Of a DNA stretch of 64,000 nt, positions 19,950 to 28,830 are shown piece after piece. Positions within the stretch are counted from its first letter, which is position 1. Each line of letters starts with the position of its first letter. The stretch is taken from the sequence record SRR20825010_791. One strand, written 5' to 3'. The translations under genes and the position numbers were made by a program. The notes beneath the pieces were generated by a model. The model did no database searches and had not been told where the DNA came from. It was given only the letters and a program-made list of their open reading frames with translations.

Positions 19950-22278
19950 CGGTTACCCGTGATTGTTTTCTCCAGTTGAGGTGTTCTTCGTCAGGTTTGT
20001 CAAAGCTAATTTTTAGTTGGCCGTCCTTGATCAAATCCTTGGAAAGCGGAAATTCTTTAAATTCTTCAAAGCCCTTTTCATATTTGGTAGGTTTTAGGCG
20101 TTCACCATTGGCCCTTAAAAGGGCCTCTCCATAACCTGAAACACGAATTAAGTAATTGGAACTGGGATCCAGATCGTTGTATTCCAAGGTTGGGCTAAAT
20201 TGGAATAATTGGGTGGAGAGCCGCTTTCTACTTAAACCATCGTTTTCCCATAGGAAGTCTATGGCATCATCGGTTTTTGAGCTTACATGTTTGGCATCGG
20301 CACTGGAAATATTGTCGTAAAAACTGCCTTCTCCCGGAGATTCATAGTTTTTGATAAATTCCAATCGCGCTAGCTTTTCGGCTTCCGACTTTAATTCGTC
20401 AATTTTTTTAAATTCGTCTTCCAACCACCATCTATTGTTCAAAGGATAATCTATAAAATCTAAAATGGCCCCTCTTTCTGCACTACGTGCCTGATATTTT
20501 TCCACGCTGGTCTGCGCTCCTATGGATTGAAATAGTTTCTCGCCATATTCAAAAACCTTTTCCTTCAGGTCTTGGGAAACCAATTCGGTATCTGCCTTCT
20601 TAATATGTTGTAGGGCATCGCTCATAGCTTTGTCGGCCCCAATGGTATTGGCCTGGGCCAGTATTTCATACGCTTCGGCCTCCAACCTTTTTTCGTAGGC
20701 AAGTCGGTCCTGAATATAGGCGTCGTAATAGGCCCGCATGATCAGTTGTTGCCACCTCCAATTATTTGCCAGATCAGGGTTGTTTTCTTCCAAGCCTTTC
20801 CACAATGTTAGGGTTTCTTTAATTGAATTGTTGTACAAAATGGGTCCGTCCCAATTTTTTTCCAAATCAAATATGCCTTGTGCCGCTTCCTCGGCTACCT
20901 CTGGGCCAAAGAAGAATTGGGAGTATTCATGAATGATATCTTTGGGATCTTTCTTGGAATCCCAGCCCAATTGGCTCCATAGAACTTTATTTACATCGTC
21001 ATGGGAACCATCGGAATAGGTAATAAAGCCATCGGTATATTTGGTATCCCTCCTAAAAAGTTGGGTGTACATGAGGGGTTGCGGGTTAATAGGCTCCCTT
21101 CCCAGGGTCAATCCATAAGCCTGATCCCAATTATCTACCGGATAATGGCATCTAACCGTATGGGTTATATCTGGGTAAAAGCGGTGCAGATATTTTTTCG
21201 GCAACATTTCCCGTTCCAAATCTATAGGCGGACTACTGGGGCCATAAACAACCCCTTTAAGCCAATCAGGACTATCGGAATTTAGGTAGTTAAAAAAATA
21301 TTCTACTTTTTCTTTATTAAACCCTTGAAGTGAAACCCAAATACCGGCATTTGGATGGTATTTGTGCAAAATCTCCGACAGGTCGTTTAAGTAAGGGATT
21401 AGCTGGGCAGGATGGTTTTCCCCTGGATCTCCACCAGGAACAAATACACCATCCAATCTTGGGCATTTTGCATAAAATGCCTCTTGCTCCGCAAGTCCGT
21501 CCTGATGTGCATTTTTTATGGTGAGGTCATGGGGAGCTGGTGTCCAGACCCAATAATCGGCATCGTATTTCTCGCATATTTTGCTTAGTTCCACTTCCAT
21601 GATCTGGGGGTCTACCTTAAAGTGGGGACTTGAATCGGCTTCCTGAAAAGGTATGTTTTCAAAACTATTCGCCCCAAAAAGTACTTGTTCCCTAAAATGT
21701 TGATCAAACTGCTCCACGGTCCAGGCATCCCAGGAATTGGCTGTATTCCTGTAACCGAACTGATGTCCGCGAAGGGCATATTCCGGGGATTCGGAAAAGT
21801 CAATATTAGGGTTTAGCGTTATTTTGCCATTTTCCATTTTGGCTGTTCGCAAGAGTTTACCTATACCGTAAAGAATGCCCCGTTTATCTGCAGCAATAAC
21901 CCATAGCGTATTTTTGTCGCCATCTTTTTGATGGAAAATACGATAGCCTTCTTTTTTTGATTCGGGGGTATTTTCGCCATCACGGGCCGGTACTTTCGTT
22001 CCGAACAATTCCTTTTCATTGGCCAAGACCAGGGCAATGGTAGTTTTGGAATCCCATTTATTGTTTAATTCGAGTTGAAGATCTGTTCGTTTTTTAATTT
22101 CTTCCACTAGAATACTCGCAGCCGTTTCTTGGATAGGAGATTTAATCTGGGTCGATATCACTATGTTTGCTTGGGAAAGGTCCAAGGTTTTCTGCTGCTC
22201 TTTTTCGCAAGACAGTATACTGCCAATTCCAATAAATACCAGCCAAAATTTTAGTTGTCTTTTCATCTTGTTAGACAT
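19927..22278 (-). CDS. Uncharacterised lipoprotein, putative glycoside hydrolase (GH20b/GH67-like N-domain + barrel + helical domain)
   Basis: SILSC lipobox; EGYRI...IAADKRGILYGIGKLLR typical of the GH20/GH67 N-terminal domain; rest not assignable. Confidence 0.6.
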   Translation of the reverse strand: MSNKMKRQLKFWLVFIGIGSILSCEKEQQKTLDLSQANIVISTQIKSPIQETAASILVEEIKKRTDLQLELNNKWDSKTTIALVLANEKELFGTKVPARDGENTPESKKEGYRIFHQKDGDKNTLWVIAADKRGILYGIGKLLRTAKMENGKITLNPNIDFSESPEYALRGHQFGYRNTANSWDAWTVEQFDQHFREQVLFGANSFENIPFQEADSSPHFKVDPQIMEVELSKICEKYDADYWVWTPAPHDLTIKNAHQDGLAEQEAFYAKCPRLDGVFVPGGDPGENHPAQLIPYLNDLSEILHKYHPNAGIWVSLQGFNKEKVEYFFNYLNSDSPDWLKGVVYGPSSPPIDLEREMLPKKYLHRFYPDITHTVRCHYPVDNWDQAYGLTLGREPINPQPLMYTQLFRRDTKYTDGFITYSDGSHDDVNKVLWSQLGWDSKKDPKDIIHEYSQFFFGPEVAEEAAQGIFDLEKNWDGPILYNNSIKETLTLWKGLEENNPDLANNWRWQQLIMRAYYDAYIQDRLAYEKRLEAEAYEILAQANTIGADKAMSDALQHIKKADTELVSQDLKEKVFEYGEKLFQSIGAQTSVEKYQARSAERGAILDFIDYPLNNRWWLEDEFKKIDELKSEAEKLARLEFIKNYESPGEGSFYDNISSADAKHVSSKTDDAIDFLWENDGLSRKRLSTQLFQFSPTLEYNDLDPSSNYLIRVSGYGEALLRANGERLKPTKYEKGFEEFKEFPLSKDLIKDGQLKISFDKPDEEHLNWRKQSRVTDVWLIKQ

Positions 22279-22310
22279 TTTTTATAATACTGTTTTTTGA
22301 GAGCGTTGTT

Positions 22311-23006
22311 TTAATCTATGTCCTTTACGCATCGTATTCCTACCGGGTATACGTGTATTTTTTCTGGCAACACATAATAGCGCTGTGAGGTACGAATAAA
22401 GGAGTGGTTGTTAAAATTGGATCCGCCCCGCATTACTTTGTAGGTTTCGCCATATTGTTCCATAGGTACTGTATTGCCAGGGTAGGGTTTATACCAGTCC
22501 GATGTCCATTCCCACACACTCCCGGCCATATCATAGCAACCGTACGGACTTGCAGGTTTGGCTATGGAAGTGCCGCGGGTCTCTTTTTGGTCCCAAACAA
22601 CGTAGGTGTTGTCATAGGTATCTCCCCAGGGAAATACGCGGCCGTCTATACCCCTCGCCGCCTTTTCCCATTCTTTTTCCGTAGGCAAACGTTTGCTTGC
22701 CCATTTGGCATAGGCGTCCGCTTTGGACCAGGTCACTATTGCTGCATTGTTCTTTTTTTCTGGGGGGAATTTAAAAGTGGGGTCAAATTTGGCAAAGTCC
22801 GTATTGCTAACTTCATATTTGTCTATAAAGAAGGCCTTTGTACTTGCAATTTGCTGAGGCCGTTCATCCGGGTCGCCATAGACGCTGCCCATAATGAATT
22901 CACCGGCAGGAACATAAACCATTCCCTCGGGAGGAACGGGCTTTTCTTGCCCTACTACATAAAGTATATGTACTAAAAAAGTGAGAAGTGTTATACAAAA
23001 TTTCAT
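22311..23006 (-). CDS. FGE-sulfatase (SUMF1-fold) domain secreted protein lacking the catalytic cysteines
   Basis: GEFIMGS, FIDKYEVSN, RLPTEKEWEKAARG, YDMAGSVWEW, RGGS, GIRC. Confidence 0.88.
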   Translation of the reverse strand: MKFCITLLTFLVHILYVVGQEKPVPPEGMVYVPAGEFIMGSVYGDPDERPQQIASTKAFFIDKYEVSNTDFAKFDPTFKFPPEKKNNAAIVTWSKADAYAKWASKRLPTEKEWEKAARGIDGRVFPWGDTYDNTYVVWDQKETRGTSIAKPASPYGCYDMAGSVWEWTSDWYKPYPGNTVPMEQYGETYKVMRGGSNFNNHSFIRTSQRYYVLPEKIHVYPVGIRCVKDID

Positions 23007-23028
23007 ACGCTTCCTAAATTATTTGTGA

Positions 23029-24249
23029 TTACCATTTTTCATCAATAATACCGTAATACCTACCAAACCAATAATTTCTTATCATGGCCGCGGCAGTGCG
23101 TTCTTCCTCGGAACGTACCATTTTAAAACTGCCATCTTTTTGTGGGATTTTAAATTCCCTGGTATTGCGTTCAAATCCCCACATGTCCTTAATGCCCTGC
23201 TTTTTCTCTTCTGTAAAAACGTCTTCCCCTGTAAGTACCTTATAGACCATTAAAAACCAAATATTGCTTTCCCAAGTAAACTCAATATCCTTCCAGTCGT
23301 ACCAATGTCTGTTTAAATTCATTCGGTATTTATTGAGTAGACTGGGATCGGTCTCTAATCGCATAATCATATAGAGGGAACGGGCCGCATGATAGTCGTC
23401 CCCCACATTTCGCCATTCTTTGGGGAATAGTATTTTGGAGTTAATTTGGTGGTCGTCATAATGATAGCGGTCTATAAGCATATGGTAGGCGGCATTGTAC
23501 CGTTCCTTTCCCGTAATATGATGGGTTACCTTAAGGGCGGCCAACATTTCCAAGGAGTTGAGTTCTTGGTGCGGAAGGTTGGGGCAAAAGTTGCCCCACA
23601 AGGTCATTTTTCCGTCCAGATCCGTAAGTTTAAAATTATTGTCCACTACCCGACCTATAAATCGGTCGAGGAGGCCTGATGCTTTCTCCTTGTATTCCGT
23701 ATCTGCACATAGCTCCCAGAAAGTTCCCACACCGTAAAAAATGGACGTAAACTTATCGGCGCTTAAATCGCCCAGCCAGCGATAACCTGGCATGGAGGAC
23801 GACTGGTGCCATTCATGGTACCAAAAAACTTCTTCGTGCCAAAGGGGTTCGTTGGTCCTATTGAAACTGCGTGCCACCAAACCTTCAACCCCGGTTACTT
23901 TTTCCAGTTTTAGTATGGCCTCGAAAATGTCATTGGCTATTTTCCTGTCCTTTGGGTCTCCTGTAATGGCGTACTTATGTGAGTAGGCGGCCAGCATTTC
24001 GGAAGTGGGATCAAGACAATCGGCCTGGGAACCTATTATTGGCTGCTCCAGTCCAGCTGGAGGAAAAATAACGTGTTGCATTATGGCTCCCTCGTTCCAA
24101 TGGTTTCCGAGCATCAACTTGTCGAACATTTCCACCTTTTTGTGTAGGGGGTCTGTTTTCTTTGGGAATTCGTTTACTTTTTGGGCAAGCAGGCCATGGT
24201 TTATGAAAATGAAAACCGAAACCAAGGGCAATAAACAATATTTAGACAT
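23029..24249 (-). CDS. Uncharacterised secreted protein (possibly alpha/alpha-barrel)
   Basis: 406-aa ORF with signal peptide (…NHGLLA-Q), Trp/Tyr/Asp-rich and helical-looking; first gene of the minus-strand run. Confidence 0.7.
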   Translation of the reverse strand: MSKYCLLPLVSVFIFINHGLLAQKVNEFPKKTDPLHKKVEMFDKLMLGNHWNEGAIMQHVIFPPAGLEQPIIGSQADCLDPTSEMLAAYSHKYAITGDPKDRKIANDIFEAILKLEKVTGVEGLVARSFNRTNEPLWHEEVFWYHEWHQSSSMPGYRWLGDLSADKFTSIFYGVGTFWELCADTEYKEKASGLLDRFIGRVVDNNFKLTDLDGKMTLWGNFCPNLPHQELNSLEMLAALKVTHHITGKERYNAAYHMLIDRYHYDDHQINSKILFPKEWRNVGDDYHAARSLYMIMRLETDPSLLNKYRMNLNRHWYDWKDIEFTWESNIWFLMVYKVLTGEDVFTEEKKQGIKDMWGFERNTREFKIPQKDGSFKMVRSEEERTAAAMIRNYWFGRYYGIIDEKW

Positions 24250-24686
24250 GGCTAGTTCCTATTTGTGAGCGTTTAAGATTTTGGCCCAAGTTGCTATTGG
24301 ACTTTTAATTTTGGTTGCAATGTTTTTATCAATAATACCATGGGTCCTTCTATACGCTATGTTGTTCGTTAAAGAAGGGCTATTGGGCTTGTTGATTCCT
24401 TACTTACTCTATTAATGCAATAATATTAACTCATTTTAATCAATAAAACCAATTAAATATTAGTTTGGGTTAATATATAATGTACAATAAGTAATATATA
24501 TTATATGGCTATTGTAAAGTGTTGTTCTTTTATGGAGAGGATTGGGAAATTATATGAATTTGGGCTCCTATTTGCAGCTAACATTTCTAATCCCATTGTT
24601 GTTTGCAGGCGGTATTATTTGCTTTTAAATTCTCTGAAAGAGAATCTATTTCTTAGGTCAAAACCTTTTATGGGAAAATGGCCTAG

Positions 24687-24731
24687 TGTAACAAAAGTTG
24701 CTGTGGACATTAAATGCCTGGCCTATCTTTA
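24687..24731 (+). promoter_or_regulatory. GTAAC-N4-GTTGC box + -7-like element upstream of the rhodanese operon
   Basis: TGTAACAAAAGTTGCTGTGGA (24687-24707); TATCTTTA at 24724-24731. Confidence 0.7.
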
Positions 24732-24762
24732 CACTATAAATAAATGTTTTGGTTGGTTGTAT

Positions 24763-24802
24763 AAGGAAACGGTCATTGTAAAAGGTGACGGTTTCCTTTT
24801 TT
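24763..24802 (+). terminator. Terminator-like hairpin in the leader of the rhodanese gene
   Basis: AAGGAAACGGTCATT / GGTGACGGTTTCCTT imperfect stem followed by a T6 run. Confidence 0.6.
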
Positions 24803-24839
24803 AAACAAGTAATTCAGATTAACGCAAAAAAGAAATAAT

Positions 24840-25184
24840 ATGTCTATTTTTAGTACACTTTTCGGAACAAGCAAAGAGAAATCGGATAAAATTGAAATAT
24901 TGAATCAGGCCGACTTTTCAGCCGCCATAGCGGGTAAAAAAGTACAACTTATAGATGTTCGTACGCCTAATGAATATGGTGGTGGTCATATAAAAAATGC
25001 TGTAAATGTTGACTTTTTCAATGCCACAGGCTTTGAAAGATATTGTGAAAAATTGGCCAAGGATAAGCCTGTGTATCTGTATTGTCGTTCTGGTGCAAGG
25101 AGTCAGAGAGCGGCGCATAAATTGATAGGTATGGGATTTGAAAAAGTAATTGACCTGAGGGGTGGCTACATGTCATGGAGATAA
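24840..25184 (+). CDS. Single-domain rhodanese (sulfurtransferase)
   Basis: LIDVRTPNEY..GHI, YCRSGARS active-site loop, LRGG..SW. Confidence 0.95.
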   Translation: MSIFSTLFGTSKEKSDKIEILNQADFSAAIAGKKVQLIDVRTPNEYGGGHIKNAVNVDFFNATGFERYCEKLAKDKPVYLYCRSGARSQRAAHKLIGMGFEKVIDLRGGYMSWR

Positions 25185-25226
25185 TATCCTTGCCAACAAG
25201 AGTTTATAAATTTGGCTTTTAACATT

Positions 25227-25499
25227 ATGAAATTAGCGCTCAGTGTTCAAAATATAAAATGTGGGGGTTGCGCTAAAACAATTACCACAAAATTATCGGA
25301 ATTGGAGAATATCTCGGAGATTATGGTTGATGTAAACTCTGGAACGGTATCCTTTGAATCGAACAACGTTACGGCCACGCAAAGGTTAAGGGATACCCTT
25401 AAAGCTTTGGGCTATCCTACGGTTGATGCCAAAAATGGCTTGGGAGATAAGGCCAAATCCTTTCTTAGCTGTGCGGCAGGAAGGATGATAAAGGAATAA
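25227..25499 (+). CDS. Heavy-metal-associated (HMA) domain protein
   Basis: VQNIKCGGCAKTI, ALGYP, C-terminal AKSFLSCAAGRM; ATG 25227 preferred over upstream TTG. Confidence 0.9.
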   Translation: MKLALSVQNIKCGGCAKTITTKLSELENISEIMVDVNSGTVSFESNNVTATQRLRDTLKALGYPTVDAKNGLGDKAKSFLSCAAGRMIKE

Positions 25500-25519
25500 A
25501 TCCAAAAAAAATTAGCTTT

Positions 25520-26548
25520 ATGAAGTATCTATCTTTCTTGACAATCCTTCTAATCACCCTGGTTAGCTGTAAGGAGGCTAAAAAAACGGAATCTATACCT
25601 GTAGAAATGGGGTTAGAAAACTCAACGGCTGATCATGCAAAGATACATCCAGGTAAAAAGATTATTGAGACAGAGTGCTATTTATGTCACAATCCTAAAG
25701 CATCAGAGGTAAGCATGATTGCGCCTCCTATGGTCGCTATTAAAAAGCACTATATCGATTCAACAACTACCAAGGAACAATTTACAAAAGCTATTGTAGG
25801 TTGGATCAATGATCCACAAGAAGAGAAATCCAAAATGCCGGGTGCCATAAATCGATTTGGGATAATGCCTTATCAACCCTATCCCGAAGAAACCATAAGT
25901 CATATTGCCGAATATATGTACGACTATGAAATTGCACAACCTGAATGGTTCGATGAACATTTTCAGAGGGAGCATGGTAGAAGATTGGGTAAAGGAAAGG
26001 GAATGGTTAAAGGTATGGGAAATGGAATGGGCCCAGGTTCCAAACATAGAGTACAAACGGATTATGGGGATATAGGTCTGGGTTATGCCTTGGCTACAAA
26101 GGCAGCACTGGGGAAAAACCTAATGAAGGCCATACAGGAAAAAGGTACGGATGGAGCGGTAGAATTTTGTAACCTCAGGGCTATAGAATTAACAGATAGT
26201 ATTTCTGTGATGAACAATGCCCAGATAAAAAGGGTATCCGATAAGCCAAGAAATCCAGATAATAAGGCCAACAAGGAAGAACTGGGATATATCGCTACTT
26301 TTAAAGAGCAGGTCGCCGCGGGTATCGAAGTAGATCCCGTAGTAGTTCCTGGTAATGAAGAAGTAACGGTATATTATCCTATAACTACAAACGCCATGTG
26401 CCTCCAATGCCATGGGAAACCCAACGAACAGGTCAAGCCTTCTACGCTGGCCACTCTAAGAAAATTATACCCGGAAGATAAGGCCGTTGGCTATAATGTA
26501 AATGAGGTCCGTGGAATATGGAGCGTGGTTTTTGATAAAAATAAGTAG
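25520..26548 (+). CDS. Di-heme c-type cytochrome lipoprotein with C-terminal DUF3365 (Tll0287-like) domain
   Basis: LVSC lipobox; CYLCH and CLQCH; AVEFCN, RVSDKPRNPDN, YPEDKAVGY..NEVRGIWSV. Confidence 0.88.
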   Translation: MKYLSFLTILLITLVSCKEAKKTESIPVEMGLENSTADHAKIHPGKKIIETECYLCHNPKASEVSMIAPPMVAIKKHYIDSTTTKEQFTKAIVGWINDPQEEKSKMPGAINRFGIMPYQPYPEETISHIAEYMYDYEIAQPEWFDEHFQREHGRRLGKGKGMVKGMGNGMGPGSKHRVQTDYGDIGLGYALATKAALGKNLMKAIQEKGTDGAVEFCNLRAIELTDSISVMNNAQIKRVSDKPRNPDNKANKEELGYIATFKEQVAAGIEVDPVVVPGNEEVTVYYPITTNAMCLQCHGKPNEQVKPSTLATLRKLYPEDKAVGYNVNEVRGIWSVVFDKNK

Positions 26549-26790
26549 ATATTTTTTTTGGCCTTATATAGGTTGAAAGTCCTTATTGCCTTGAGAAGAA
26601 AATATACCTAATATCGATATCGGGTGTAGTGATATTTAGGAAGGAATAAGGATTTTAGAGCCTTTAATGTTTAGAGTTTGTTACTTATATACCCCACTCA
26701 ATACTGCCAAAGTGTACTTTATAAATGCCTGAAAATAAGCGAAATAACAAAAAAATATTGTCGGAGTCCTTTTGGAATTAAAAAAATTTG

Positions 26791-26827
26791 TAAATTTGTT
26801 AACCAACTGGTTAAACCGTTTAGTTAA
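26791..26827 (+). promoter_or_regulatory. -7 box and tandem palindromic TetR operator
   Basis: TAAATTTG (26791-26798) directly followed by TTAACCA-AC-TGGTTAA (26799-26814) and a degenerate second copy running into the tetR ATG. Confidence 0.7.
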
Positions 26828-27429
26828 TGAAAGATCAGAGCACAGAAGAAAATATACTAAAGGCAGCCGTAAGCGTCTTCCAAAAGAAAGGTATGGCAGG
26901 AGCCCGTATGCAGGAGATTGCGGATGAGGCTAAAATTAACAAGGCCATGCTGCACTACTATTACAAGAGTAAGCAAAAATTGTTCGAGGCGGTATTTAGG
27001 CAGGCCTTTGAAAAGTTTGCTCCCCATATCAACCAGGTTTTTAACTCCGATAAAAGCGTTTTTGAAAAAATAACTGAATTTACAGATAGCTATATTTCCT
27101 TTGTCATGGAGAATCCATATCTGCCCAACTTTCTTATTCAGGAAATAAATAACAATCCGGAGTTTGCGGATTTATTTTTTGGCTCTGAGATTGCGCCCAA
27201 CCCTTTGCCTTTTAAGAAACAGATAGCGGAGGAAATAGAGATGGGAATTATAAAGCCCATAGACCCTAAACAATTGTTGTTAAACCTATTTTCCTTGACG
27301 GCCTTTTCCTTTGTTGGGACCGGCCTGGTCCGAGGAATATTGAACTTGGACGAAAAAACATTTAAAGCCATGATGGAGGAACGTAAGATTTTGATTCCAG
27401 AGCTTTTAATTAATTCGATTAAAAAATAA
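26827..27429 (+). CDS. TetR/AcrR family transcriptional regulator
   Basis: N-terminal HTH: ILKAAVSVFQKKGMAGARMQEIADEAKINKAMLHYYYKSK. Confidence 0.95.
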   Translation: MKDQSTEENILKAAVSVFQKKGMAGARMQEIADEAKINKAMLHYYYKSKQKLFEAVFRQAFEKFAPHINQVFNSDKSVFEKITEFTDSYISFVMENPYLPNFLIQEINNNPEFADLFFGSEIAPNPLPFKKQIAEEIEMGIIKPIDPKQLLLNLFSLTAFSFVGTGLVRGILNLDEKTFKAMMEERKILIPELLINSIKK

Positions 27430-27542
27430 AACATTCATGCTTAGTTTAAAACACACTGGGAAAGTAATTAGTTGGATTTTGCACCCGCCAGAATGACTTT
27501 GTCGGCCTAGTGCTCCCACTGAAAATCAATAAATAAAAACAC

Positions 27543-28808
27543 ATGAAAAGACTTTTTTTAATATTAATTTTCACTATACCTCTTGGCGCCTTGGCCCAGC
27601 AGACCCTAAGGTTGGAGGAGTGTTTTGACCTTGTTGCCGAGAATTATCCCTTGGCCAAACAAACCGGATTATTGGAAAGTCAGGTACAAATGGATATTGA
27701 AGCCTTAAGAACGGGCTATTTGCCCAAACTGGACCTCAACGCCCAGGCCACCTACCAGTCCGATGTTACAAGTTTGCCGATCCAGATACCGAATGTAACG
27801 GTAGAACCTCCCAATAAGGACCAATATCGCGCCACCTTGGATGTAAACCAAATGATATATAACGGAGGGATGATCAATGCTTCCTCCATGGTGAAGGAGG
27901 CAGCCTCAAAGGTAAACCAACAGCAGTTGGAGGTGAGCCTCTACGGATTAAAAAGCCAGGTCAATTCCATTTACTTATCAGTTTTATTGCTTCAGGAAAA
28001 CCAGGCATTGCTCCAAGCCAAGGAAGAGCAATTAAAGGCACGTTTGGAAGATGTTAAGGCTGGGGTAAAATATGGGACTTTGTTGGGGTCTTCTGAAAAA
28101 ACACTGGAAGCGGAACTCCTAAAATTAAGACAACAGTTTACGGAGTTGAGGTACAATAAATTGGAGTTGGTACAACGCTTGTCCTTACTTATTGGCATGG
28201 AATTATCTTCCGATGTAAACCTTGAAAGACCTGCCGTTTTTATGTCGGAAACCCAATCCGAGCGACCAGAAATTCAGCTTTTCGACCTTCAAAAGGAACA
28301 GATAGATTTTTCCTCCAAACTAATTTCAAAGACCAATCTCCCAAAAATCAATGCTTTTGCCCAAGGGGGTTATGGCAATCCGGGGCTGAATATGTTGGAC
28401 AATTCTTTTAAAGCCTTCTATATGGCAGGTTTAAAATTGAATCTGAACATCTTTGATTGGAACAAGACCAGGACCGAGAAACAATCCCTTGAAATAAACA
28501 AGGAAATTATAGATACCCAAAAAGAGACCTTTGAACTGAACAACAATTTGGAATTGGTAAAACTCGAGTCCGAAATTGATAAGATCGATGCCTTGATTTT
28601 CACCGATAGGGAGATTATAGTACTACGCGAGGATATTCTAAAAACAGCGGAATCCCAATTGAACAACGGTGTAATTACAGCATCGGCCTATATTACCGAA
28701 TTTACAAATTTATATGAGGCAAAAAGCAATCTAAATCTACACGAAACACAATTGCTATTGCACAAAATTCAATACGAAATTACCAAAGGCAGCTATTACA
28801 ATAACTGA
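27543..28808 (+). CDS. TolC family outer-membrane channel
   Basis: Signal peptide, AENYPL, YLPKLDL, LPKINAF, NIFDW; precedes HlyD/ABC genes. Confidence 0.9.
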   Translation: MKRLFLILIFTIPLGALAQQTLRLEECFDLVAENYPLAKQTGLLESQVQMDIEALRTGYLPKLDLNAQATYQSDVTSLPIQIPNVTVEPPNKDQYRATLDVNQMIYNGGMINASSMVKEAASKVNQQQLEVSLYGLKSQVNSIYLSVLLLQENQALLQAKEEQLKARLEDVKAGVKYGTLLGSSEKTLEAELLKLRQQFTELRYNKLELVQRLSLLIGMELSSDVNLERPAVFMSETQSERPEIQLFDLQKEQIDFSSKLISKTNLPKINAFAQGGYGNPGLNMLDNSFKAFYMAGLKLNLNIFDWNKTRTEKQSLEINKEIIDTQKETFELNNNLELVKLESEIDKIDALIFTDREIIVLREDILKTAESQLNNGVITASAYITEFTNLYEAKSNLNLHETQLLLHKIQYEITKGSYYNN

Positions 28809-28830
28809 TATATAACAATACCTGAATAAA

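Noticed and set aside
24505-24804. 99-aa ORF upstream of the rhodanese gene
   Set aside because: Spans the operator, -7 element and hairpin; no protein-like features.
27437-27496. Short ORF MLSLKHTGKVISWILHPPE between tetR and tolC as a gene remnant
   Set aside because: No recognisable homology by eye; too short to support.
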